Position numbers and translations under genes: made by a program. A stretch of DNA of 64,000 nt, taken from NCBI RefSeq assembly GCF_009914755.1, contig NC_060939.1, one strand, 5' to 3'. Source of the DNA: the human T2T-CHM13v2.0 reference genome, Homo sapiens. How positions within the stretch are numbered: position 1 is the stretch's first letter; every line of letters starts with the position of its first letter. The notes below the pieces were generated by a model. That model searched no databases. It worked only from the letters and a program-made list of their open reading frames with translations, and had not been told where the DNA came from. Below, piece by piece: positions 26,923 to 39,705 of this stretch.

Positions 26923-27146
26923 GGTGTGCCTGTATGTTTAGGTGTCCATGTGTGAGCATGTGCATGCATGTGCTGTGTGTGTGCATGTCCATGTGAGTGT
27001 GCATGTGTTTAATAGTGTGTATGTGTATTTGTGACTTCTGTGTGCATGTTTATGTTGAGTGTGTGTGAATATATGTGCATGTTTGCATGCGCATGTGTGT
27101 ATGAATGTATGTGCACATTCGCATAACTGTGTGTGACTGTGCGTGT
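26923..27146. repeat. Degenerate (TG)n/(TGCA)n purine-pyrimidine tract
   Basis: About 220 bp of mostly alternating TG/CA/TA. Confidence 0.9.
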
Positions 27147-28576
27147 TAAAAAGGGACACAGGGAAGGGTGTCTAAGGGACATTTGGTTAGAAATTCCAGT
27201 GGGCTGGTTGCTTATACTTGGAAGTTTCCAGACCACTTAGAGTAAGTGGAATCAAGATAGTCAATGGCAGTGGCTCTTTCCATTAAGAAAAAATAATTTA
27301 GATTTCACAAATACAGGAGAATTTCAGCTTTTGGGCTTTCTTATCGGCCCATATTAGTGGACTACTTACACATGTCAGCGACTGGTAAAATTCAGTGTTT
27401 TATTTTAGTGTCTATCTTTTCAAATAGAATAAACAATTTTCCAAAATAAAAAAATAAACATAAAGGAAATAAATATCTGTCATCATGTATGGCTCTGAAC
27501 TTTTAAAATAGATAACAGTGAGATAGGTGGATTCTGAAGAACCCACCCAGCTTTCTATAATACCCTGTCAACTTTATGACCTAATAATCTAGTAATTGTT
27601 TTCTTCTTTAGTTTCTTGGGTTTTCATTTTTAGTCACTAGAAACACTTATATAAATACAAATCCATGCAGGTATTCCAAAAATTCCTGGGGACAATTTAT
27701 GTGTAGTCCCTGGTTCTCACTGCCTCAGTTTTGAAATGAGGATAGCAGTTTCTATTTTAATATGGTTGTGGTGGTGATTACATAGCATAGTGCCTGGCAC
27801 ATAGCAAGTACCAAAAAAAGGATAGGTACCTCATAAATATATACATCTACTATACACCCACAGAAATAAAAAAATTAAAAAGATAGGTATGATTATGATT
27901 ATTGTGGCCATTATTTATGTATTTATTTGCAACATATTCTTAGATTAATAACCTTGGAAACCTAACAAAACCGTCTGGAGTTCTATTCCTTCAGAAGATT
28001 TGCTTTTGGTACTTTTTATATCAAAATAACATATAATTTTTAAAAGGTTGGTTCTGAATTGAAACTGATGACTATGAAGTCCAAGTTTATAGGATCAGCT
28101 GTTTGAGTCAGAAAGAAACTGCATTCTTAAGCAGAAAATTTATTTGTCCACACTCCCCTGAGGAAAGAATGGTAAAGCCAATTTCATTCAAACACTAAGC
28201 ATTGGCTCAAGACCAAATAAGAAGCATTGCAGCCCTGGATGATGTAGCCACAGTAAGTTGGAAGCAATTGATTTCAACAAAGAAAACGATTTTGCTACTG
28301 GCCAAGGATGGGGAATCTTTCTGACTTGCACATTGTCTCCACAAATAAGGTGCCTCTAGTTAAGCCTCCCTAATCAATGGCCAAGGATGCAATTACAGTT
28401 GCAGAGAAGTGGAACTCAAATGGAGTGGGAATAAAGAAAGGAAGATTAATAAATAATAGGAAAGCGGGAGTAGAGAAGCAGGAGAAAGGAGATGGGAGAA
28501 GCTGGCAAAGATGAAACACAGCTCTGCTGAGAAGCATATATCCAAGAACAATCAACACTATAAATTTCATGGATGC

Positions 28577-29113
28577 TGCATCAGTTACCTATTGCTGTGA
28601 AACGACAACTCCCAGATTTAGGGACTTAAAATAACACATATTCATAATCTCACCATTTCTGTGGGGCAGAAGTCAGAGTGCACCTTAGCTCAGGGTCTCT
28701 CACAAGGCTGCAACCAAAATGTGAGTTGAGGCTGCAGTCTCGTCTGAAGGCTCAAATGAGGAAGCATTCTCTTCCAAGCTTACTCATGTGATCATTCACA
28801 GAATTGTTTCTGAGGGTTGTTGAACTAAGAAGCTCAGTTCTTTGCCACGTGGGCCTTTCCATAGGTGAGATCACAACATCAGAGTTGTTTCATCAGAGCA
28901 ACCATGTGAGAAGAGTCAGAGAGAGCCTGAGCAAGACAGAAGTCGCAGTGTTTGTATCCTGGTCTTGGAAGTGACATCTGTCACTTCTGCTGTATTTTGT
29001 TTATTAACAGCAAGTCACCATGTCCAGCCCACACCCAAGGGCAGGGGACAACACAAAGATGCGATGTCAGGAGGCAGGAATGGTTGGGAGCTGTGTCAGA
29101 AGCTGCCTCCCAC
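28577..29113 (-). mobile_element. MLT1F-like solo LTR
   Basis: TGCATCAGTTACCTATTGCTG start, CTTAGCTCAGGGTCTCTCACAAGGCTGCAA core, end GCTGCCTCCCACA. Confidence 0.8.
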
Positions 29114-29571
29114 ACATGGCCTTGCAGTATCTACACCGGAGCTCAAGTGCATTGTGCAGGCCAAAAAGCAGCACCTTCACCCGGTGCTACGTGATCACTC
29201 ACAACTTGTCAATCACCATATTTTAGCTGATTGTTATGGAAACGTTGATTCCAAACTTGAAAAAGGGAAAAATGATGATTTCTGGAATCTGTGATATTCT
29301 GCTAGAATGCAAATAAGTCTGATTGATCCCATTCTGAAGCTCTTGAGCAGTGTGACAAATATTTATCTAATCATTCACAATTGGTTAAAATAAAGAGGTT
29401 TACAGCCCTGTGAGATTAGCCTGCAGAATTGATAGCTTATGACTTTTACTGCCTAGTAAACAAGTTAACTCCAAATTTGGCATTTTTTTCATTGCTTTGT
29501 AGAGGTTTGCCTTAACTTAGCATCTTATTTCCGCATTTGTTTCCCAACTGACCTTAAAAATCCCAGTTACT

Positions 29572-29940
<369 letters not shown>

Positions 29941-32029
29941 TTAAATAAAGCTTTGGAACATGGCAACAGACGACTTTGCCTGAGAATTGAGCTTTTGCAC
30001 GCTCTAGGAGTAAACCAGAACCAAGATGGACATAGGGAATTCAGCAAAGTGCTGAATAGACACTGGGTTCCTGGCCTTCTCTTGACTGGCTGACCCACCT
30101 TCACACACTTATGGGGCACAATGTCTGTGTGGATCGCAAGCCCCCAGGGGATTTAAGAACTGCCCTGAGGGTGTGTCTTCAAGCCTTTTGTGAATTTATA
30201 CTTATGCCATCTCACGGGGGACTGTGTCTCTTTCCATGGCTCAGCACCAGGGCTTTGAAGAGTAAGACCCAAAACCAAGTTCTGGGTGTGAGGGTTTCCT
30301 GGCTGGTGATGCTGTTGAATCCACACTGGGGAACACATACTGCCAGGCTGCTGCTATGCAGAAGGGAACAGGAAGAGGGAGAGGCCTGGCCCAGGGCTGT
30401 GGAGAAGGAGGGGTCCTTTTCCCCTGAGTGTGGCCAAGCACCTGCAAGCCTCCTGGGAGTGGGCCTCTCTGCAGGGGCTTTGCCTTGGCTTCCAGCCACC
30501 TCCATTTGGTTCTCCAGCACACAGGCCATGAGCGTGGAGCTCACTCAAGACTAGAGAGCTCAGGTTTCCAAGTGGACAGACATTCTGCAGGATGTGCTTT
30601 GGGAAACTGAAAAAAAGCAGCCCTGATATTTCCATCCACACACTCAAGTGAAACTCAGTGATTTCCTTGGTGTTGATGCAGAACCAGAGGTTTGCTTTCA
30701 CCTGCACTTCACTCCTCCCATAACCTTTGGGTTTGCTCCTGGGAAAGCAGAAAAGACACAGTCCCATCTCCAAGGAGCAGATCCAGAGGACGAGGAGACA
30801 AGCAAGGATTCCTGGCATGTAAACAGCTGGTAAGAAGGAAAAAGGAGATGTGGAAAGGCTTCAGGGAAGCCTGGGGCTGGAGCCCACCAGAAGAGTCCTC
30901 CGGTCCTGGCAAACCCCAGGCTGGCTGGGTTGATATTGCCCCAGAAAGCAGAGGAACCCCACAGGGCCATCCCTTCAAGCTCAGCCCGACAAGAAGCCAA
31001 CAGAAAGCATGTCATTTGGATGCAGGACACAGAGCGGTCTTCTCTGTGAGCACCAGCTCTCATCTGCTTTTAAGAGTTGTGGGGAAGAAAATGAGGCAAG
31101 TAACCTTTTCAGAGGAAGTATTTTTAAGATATTAACATGTTTTCCAACAGCAATGTTTTTGAAGACTCAGTCTAATTCATATTCGTGTGTAGCTTCTAAA
31201 ATAACCTATATTTTCACAAACTGTTTTCTTGGTAAAATTTTCAAAACATTCTCAAGGAAGATGCATTCTGTGGCAATGGGATGCCAATAAAACTAAAAGG
31301 ACTTGATTTAAATAGAAAAAAAAAAAACCACACATAATCTTCAAATAAAAGCCCAATTGGTTACTGACTGAAAGGCAAACCGACAACAGACTAGGGAGGT
31401 TCAGGCCTAGCGAGGGGAGGCAGTTAAGGCTGACCGAGAGCAGGAGGAGGAAGCCGATGGGGGAGTGCACATCGGGACAGTGTTCGCTGATGAATACTTC
31501 CTGCCATAGTGGTTTCATTCCCTATGCAACCTTTTAACTGCAGGGACACAGAGCGTGGGGCCTCTGCTCTGTCACTCAGATTTATTAGCATTTTTGCTAA
31601 AGGTCTTATAAGAGATCTCAGGAATAAAAGCAGCATCCAGTGGCTCTCGCCCATGTGTCTTGTGTCTGATAATAATTAACAGCTACTGCTTAGCAAGGCC
31701 AGCCACAGGCTGTACCCTCTACCATATGCCTCCTGCGATGGTCACTCCCAGTCTCCTAATTGTAATTATAAGGACACTGAAGGTTTGTGAGGAGAAATGT
31801 TTGCTCGCAGTCACCTGGCTGTTGTATGACAGAGACAAGATGCATACCTAGATGCCTATCTGAATGGTCTAACTTCAGAGTCCTCCTCTTGACCACCTCA
31901 GTATATGCTCCCTTGTGTGATGACCCCACAACCACAGAAAATGTGAAACATGAAGGACTATGTGACAAAGAAAGTCTGAGGTCCCAATAAACTAATGGGT
32001 TAAAAATTATAATAACAACCATCAAGGGA

Positions 32030-33090
<1,061 letters not shown>

Positions 33091-34624
33091 AGGCAAGAAG
33101 GTATATAAAAATTTTGTTCCAAGAGTCATAAAGCAAAAGAATGGTTATGCTCTCAGTCAGATTAAAATTGTATTATTGGATAAGAAGTAACAGGAAACAG
33201 TAAAAGTAAAAATAATTAGTGTGTTAAGATAATGGCACTATTTTTCTTTTGCTTATAATATTTAAAAAATCAATAATGGTTGCAACAGATGACAAATTTT
33301 GCACTGGTATAAATCAAGTCACTTGTCAATCACTACAGTTGTTTTTTTTTTCCTTTTAAAGAATAATGCCTATTATTCCAATCTCAAATTCTAATGCAGT
33401 ATGAAATACATTTCATGACTCTTTCTCAATGAACCTTACACTTTATCTGGGCTTTAGATCTGATTTCCAGGGAGTCCACAGAACCACTACCAGCTCTATT
33501 GTCAGAGGCGGTGACTGCACTTGCCCCTTTGGCCTGCCACTAAGACCCCACGAACACAGGACTTACTTTTCAGACACCTGATTCTGGAGGTGTGTGGCAG
33601 TCAGGCATGCAGGCCAACACTGCGCCGTCCCTGCTGGAAATGGCCCATTGTTGCCCCAGTGGAAGGTGAGACCACAGCGCCTGAGAACACTGGAAAAGAC
33701 AGTGAGAATAAAAGAGAATGTTCACACTTCATGGGAAGTGAGAATTAACAATTTCAATTTTAGGATTAATTTTTTATAGTTTAAAAATTAAATATTAATG
33801 TTTCAAATTTTTAAATGATTTTAAATATTTAACATGCATTTGAAATTGGCTGGTGAATCCCACAGCCCTGAATCCCACTCCCAACACACGATCCCACCCT
33901 TTAATTTTCAAATGAATGTCCCATCAGGAGACAGATGAGGATCAATGGGAAAAGTCTCATCCGTGTGGACTTAACAGACGTGAGGGTGGGCTCAGAGCCC
34001 CTAGAAGCTGATGTGCCAGGGGAGGGGACTGTGCTTCTCAGCGGGGCTCAAACACTGAACTCTGACTTCTGAGATTCTGGGAGAGAAGTTCTGGGGGTGT
34101 GATCTGCAGGGAACCTCAAAGTGAGGGGGCTGTTCATGTTCCACACAGTGGAACCAGGTACACCCCATCTCGACTGGGCATCCCCTAGGTCAGCAGATGT
34201 CTGTATATTTTTACCTTTTGAGGCCATTTATTTTATCTAATAACTTATACATAAAATTTAATTTTTACTCAGTCAAATAACATATACAACCTCTAATTTC
34301 CACATAGGATAAGGTCCCTAGTTCAATCTAATTCCCATCTCTTCCTCTGATACCTGCTATATTTTGTTGAAATCATTTAAAATGTTGATTTGAAATTGCT
34401 TTTGATTTTTGTGTTCTACTTTCTTAGGAATCATAATTCTTAACAACTACTTTAAGCTTCAGTTCTATATTATTACTTGTAACACAACTGTGTTTTGGTG
34501 TTTGCTAACTGATCACGAATAATTTGCATATCTCTCATTGGTCCTTTATTAATTTTTAATTTTACTAGAAGGCTTGAGTAGTACTTTCAAAATGATTTTG
34601 TAGGCAATAAATTTTCTGACTTCT

Positions 34625-35295
34625 AATGCAAAAGAACAGAATCAATAGCCAAGACAATCTTGAAAAAGAAGAATAAAGTTGGAAGTCTCACACATCTTGA
34701 TTTCAAAACATACTATGAATCTATGGTAATCAAAGCATGTGGTGTGGGCATAAAGACAGATTTATAGTCCACACAAGGTAGACCAGAAATAAATCCTCAA
34801 ATACATGGTTAAATCGTTTTCCACAAGGGTGCCACACATGGCCTCGCATAAATGGCCAAAGGTTTTCCACAAGACCATTCCATGTGGAAAGAACAATCTT
34901 TCCAATAAATGGTGCTGGGAAAACCGCATATCCACATGCAAAATAATGAAGTTAGACTCTTACCTAACATTGTATGCAAAAATTAACTAAAAATGGATCA
35001 AAGACCTAAATGTAAGAGCTAAACCTATAAAACTCATACAGGAAAATACAGAGGAAAAGCTTTATGAAACTGGATTTGACAAGTATTTCTTGGGTATGAC
35101 ACCACCAAAAGAACAGGCAACAAAAGGAAAAATAGATAAAACGGACTTCATCAAAATTAAAAACTTTTGTGTACCAAAGGACATTATCAACAAAGTGAAA
35201 AGGCAACCAACAGAATGACAGAAAATATTTGCAAATCATATATCTGATAAGGGATTAATATCCATAACATATACAGAACCCCTGTAACTCAACAG
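34625..35295 (+). mobile_element. L1MB-like ORF2 fragment
   Basis: Peptide NNLSNKWCWENRISTCKIMKLDSYL; GGCAACCAACAGAATGACAGAAAATATTTGCAAATC. Confidence 0.8.
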
Positions 35296-35304
35296 GAAGA
35301 ACCT

Positions 35305-36863
35305 GAAAAAATGGAAAGATATCCCATGCTCATGGATTAGAAGAATTAATATTGTTAAAATGTCTATATTAACCAAAGTGATTTACAGATTCAATGCAAT
35401 TCCCATCAAAATACCAATGACATTCTTCACAGAAACAGAAAAAAGCCTGAAATTCATATGAAACCACAAAAGACCTTGAACAGCCGAAGTGATCCTGAGC
35501 AAAAAGAACAAAGCTAAAGGCATCATGGTTGTGTTTTCAAATGATACTACCAATCTATAGTAACCAAAAGAGCATGGTACTGGCATAGAAACAGACACAT
35601 CAACCAATGGAACAGAACAGAGAACCCACAAATAAATCCACACACTTAACAGCCAACTCAGTTTCAACAAAGGTGGCAAGAACACACACCAGGGAAAACA
35701 CAGTCTCTTTAATAAATGGTGCTGAGAAAACCAAATATCCATATGCAGAAGAATGAAACTAGACCCTCATCTCATCATATACAGAAATCAACTCTAAAAT
35801 GGATTAAAGGCTTAAATATAAGACCTAAAATTATGGAACTACCAGAAGAAAACATTGGGGAAACACTTCAGGACATTGGTTTGGGCAAAGATTTTTGCAT
35901 AAGATCTCAAAAAGGCAACAATAGAAAAATGGGTTTATATCAAGCTAAAAAGCTTCTGCACAGGAAGCAAAACAACTAAGTGAAGAGACAACCCAGAGAA
36001 AGGGGGAAAATATCTGCAAACTTCCATCTGACAAGGGATTAATAACCAGATTATATAAGGAGCTCAAACAACTCAATAGCAAAAAAACAAATAATCTGAT
36101 TAGAAAATCAGCAAATGACCTGAATAGATGTTTCTCAAAAGAAGACATACAAACAGAAAACAGGCAAATGAAAAAATGCTCAATATCACTAATCACCAGG
36201 GAAATGCAAATTAAAACCACAATGAGATATCATCTCACTCTAGTTAGAATTGGCTTTTATAAAAAAGACAAAAAATAACAGATGCTGGTAAGGATGTGGA
36301 GAAAGGGAATGTAAATTAGTACCATCATTATGGAAAACAGTATGGAGGTTCCTCAAGAAACTAAAAATAGAAGGACCACATATCCAGGAATCCCACGGCT
36401 GAGTATATATTAAAAGGAAAGGAAATCAGTATATTGAAGAAATATCTGCACTCCCATGTTTATTGTAGCACTGTCTGCAATAGCTGAAACGTGGAATCAA
36501 CCTAAGTGTCCATCAATGGATGAATGGATAAAGAAAGTGTGGAATATATACAGAACGGAATATTACTCAACCATAAAAATAATGGAATCCCGTCATTTGC
36601 AGCATCATGGATGGAACTGGATATCATCATGTTAAGTGAAATAAGCAAGGCACAGAGAGACAAATATCACATGTTCTTACTCAAATGTGGGAGCAAAAAA
36701 AAGTGGGTCTCAAAGAGGTAGAGAGTAGAACAGTGTTTACCAGGGGCTGGGAAGGGAAGTGGGGAGGAAGAGAAGTTGACTAATGGGCACCAACATGCAG
36801 TTGGATAGAAGAAATTCATTCTTGTATTTGATACCATAGTAGGAAAATGATAGTTAACAATAA
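35305..36863 (+). mobile_element. L1MA-type element, 3' part of ORF2 and part of the 3' UTR
   Basis: AAATGGAAAGATATCCCATGCTCATGG start, FAASWMELDIIMLSEIS peptide, L1MA 3' UTR ending GTTAACAATAA. Confidence 0.88.
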
Positions 36864-38659
36864 ACTACTTCCTGGGTCCCTTTCTTTGTTCACATTTTTT
36901 CCCTCAGGAATTTTCAAAATTCCTGTTCTCTCCTGGCTCCACTCAAGACCCAGCTCAAATGCCATGTTTGTCACGAAGCTTACCTAAGAACAGCCTTTGA
37001 CCCAGGGGTCCTGTCTCCCATGCTGGACTTGGTCCCCTGCCCACCTCTGGGGTGTTCACTCCACGGACGTGCAGTCCCCTGGCTGAAAGAATGAAGGATG
37101 CCCATCCCCACCACTAACAACCCTCACAGACTTGCACTGGGACAGACACTTTTCCTGGCTTTATCTCTTGGTGGATGGCTTTATCTCTTAGTCTTCCTAA
37201 AAGCTTCAAGAGAAGAGTGAGTTTCTAGGAAATGGGCTTTAATTCACACAGTGATCACTCGGTCTGTCTCTCAGGAAGGTGCAGGAGAGATGCTCAGGCC
37301 AGGTGTTCATCTCTGCCTCAGGCCTGCTGGTAAGTGGTTTTGTTTATGGTTCCCTAATGGAATAAAAACTTACAGCATGTCCAGGAAAAATTTTCAGGAA
37401 ATTTAAATTCAGGAGAAGTCTGTAACAACTTCTGGAAATAAAGAGGAGAGTCTCTTTTTTTTGTACTCTAAGATACTGTAAGTCCAAAATATGTCCGTAA
37501 TGAATTATGTAAAGATCTGGAAGGCTGAAGTGCTTCTCGAAATGCCAATACCTCTAGAGGGAAATGCAAGAAAATAGCCATTGGGTAAAATAAGTTCAGA
37601 TCCACAACAAAACAAAAGGGAGGGGGGTAAGGCTATCAGCTAAACTAAGGGTGGGATGAATGCTTCCTGCACATTTTAATCCTGGGGAGAACAGTAGTTT
37701 CTAAAACAAAACAGGCATTTTAGACCTGTATTCTGGCTCTGAAATGCAGAATGTGGCTGGATTGGATGTGGTGATGCCAGGCAGACACACCCTTCTCAAA
37801 GCCCCCAGGGCTGACAGCGGGCCCAGGGAGTGTGCTAACGCTGTGGACACACCGCGTGTCTGGGGCGCTCCAGGTGAGAGCAGAGACCCAGGTCTGTAAG
37901 GTGCAAGTGAAAGCCCAAAGAGGCTGTTCTAGCTGAATCCTCCTCTCCATCCAGCCCCTTGGTGTCACTGAAGGCCAGCACACACGGGAAACCCATCAGC
38001 CGGGCTTCCCCAGGTCTGGGATCAGTACTAGTCATGTCCCCTACTTGCCTATGGTCTAAAAAGCCACCACAGCTGCTTTGTCCCTGCATCACCACGGGAC
38101 TTGGGCTGTTCCAAAGGTCCTGGTGAAGATGAAAAGGGACCTCTGAAGATGCTCCAGGGACCCGAAGGATTCACTGCTCTAAGCTGACACTATTGTAAAG
38201 TAAAAATACAAGGCACTGAGAAGGGCTCAAGATGAAGGCAGGACTACAGGACCAGAGATGCTTCCAGGACTGACTGCTGGGAAACAGCAGGTACAAAATG
38301 AGCAGCAGCTACCCAGCAGGGTGCCATGTGACCTTAGTGACCCCAGAGTGGCGCTCAGAAGCCAGGACACTGCCCTCACAGAGCCAGTGGAGGGGGCCCA
38401 CGCAGCGCAGGTGTGTGAAGGGTCAATAGGCACTGGCATGCTCTCTGGCATCCCTCGGCTGGGGGCCTCCTCCCTCAGGCTACCTGGATCCTGGGCTCTT
38501 ACCGCTCTCCTTGTCCCCCACTCCTACCTAGGTTTTGCTGTCTTCTTTCATTCAGTTCTCCCTCTCCCTGTCATAACACCCCTCCACCCTTCACAAGCCC
38601 AGATCCCCTCAAGCCCCCTTCCCCCGGGAAACCTTTGCTCATCATTCAACCAAAAAACT

Positions 38660-39705
38660 TTTTGTAACACCAGTTTACTTTATTATTATCTACTCTCAGC
38701 AAGTTTCAAGAATTTTTAAGGATACATCGTTACAATAGTTACCATGTTATAATAGTCCCCATATATCCCTTGAACTTATTTATCCTGCCTAAATGAAATT
38801 TGTATCCTTTGACCAACATCTCAACCCACCCCACCTCCCCCAGCACCTGGCCAACACCATTCTGCTCTCTGCTTCCGTGAGTTCACCTTTTTCGGATTCC
38901 ACACATAAGTGAGATCATGCAGTATTTGTCTTTCTGTGCCTGGCTTATTTCACTTAACATGATGCCCTCCAGGTTCATTCTTGCCGTACGTGACAGGATT
39001 TCATTCTTTTTATCACTGAATATTATCCATTGTGTATTTATACCACGTTTTACATTTTCTTTTTTTTTTTTGAGACAGAGTCTTGCTCTGTCGCCCAGGT
39101 TGGAGTGCAGTGGCGCGATCTCGGCTCACTGCAAGCTCCGCCTGCTGGGTTCACGTCATTCTCCTGCCTCAGCCTCCTGAGTAGCTGGGACTACAGGCAC
39201 CCACCACCACGCCTGGCTAATTTTTTGTATTTTTAGTAGAGACGGGGTTTCACCGTGTTAGCCAGGATGGTCTCGATCCCCTGACCTTGCGATCCGCCCA
39301 CCTCGGCCTCCCAAAGTGCTGGGATTACAGGCGTGAGCCACCGCCCCGGCCATGTTTTACATTTTCTTTATCCATTCATCTTTGGATGAGCACAGGGTGG
39401 TTCCATGTCTTGGCTATTGTGGATAGTGCTGCAGTGAACATAGGAGTGCAGGTAACTCTTTGATGTACTGATTTCATTTCCTTTGACTATATACCAGCAG
39501 TGGGATGGCTGGATTACATGGTAGTTCTAGTTTTATTTTACTGAGGAACTGCCACACTTTTTCCGTAATGGCTGCACTAATTTACATACCCACCAACACT
39601 GTACTAGTGTTCTCTTTTCTCCACACTTTCACCAACACGTATCTCTTCTCTTGTGGGTAACAGTCATCCAAACAGACATGAAGTGATTGATATTTCACTG
39701 TAGTC
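38660..39705 (-). mobile_element. L1MA 3' fragment interrupted by an AluY
   Basis: GATTCCACACATAAGTGAGATCATGCAGTATTTGTCTTTCTGTGCCTGGCTTATTTCACTTAAC. Confidence 0.85.
39060..39351 (-). mobile_element. AluY
   Basis: Antisense dimer with GCAAGCTCCGCC and CCGTGTTAGCCAGGATGG; TSD A(C/T)GTTTTACATTTTCT. Confidence 0.96.
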
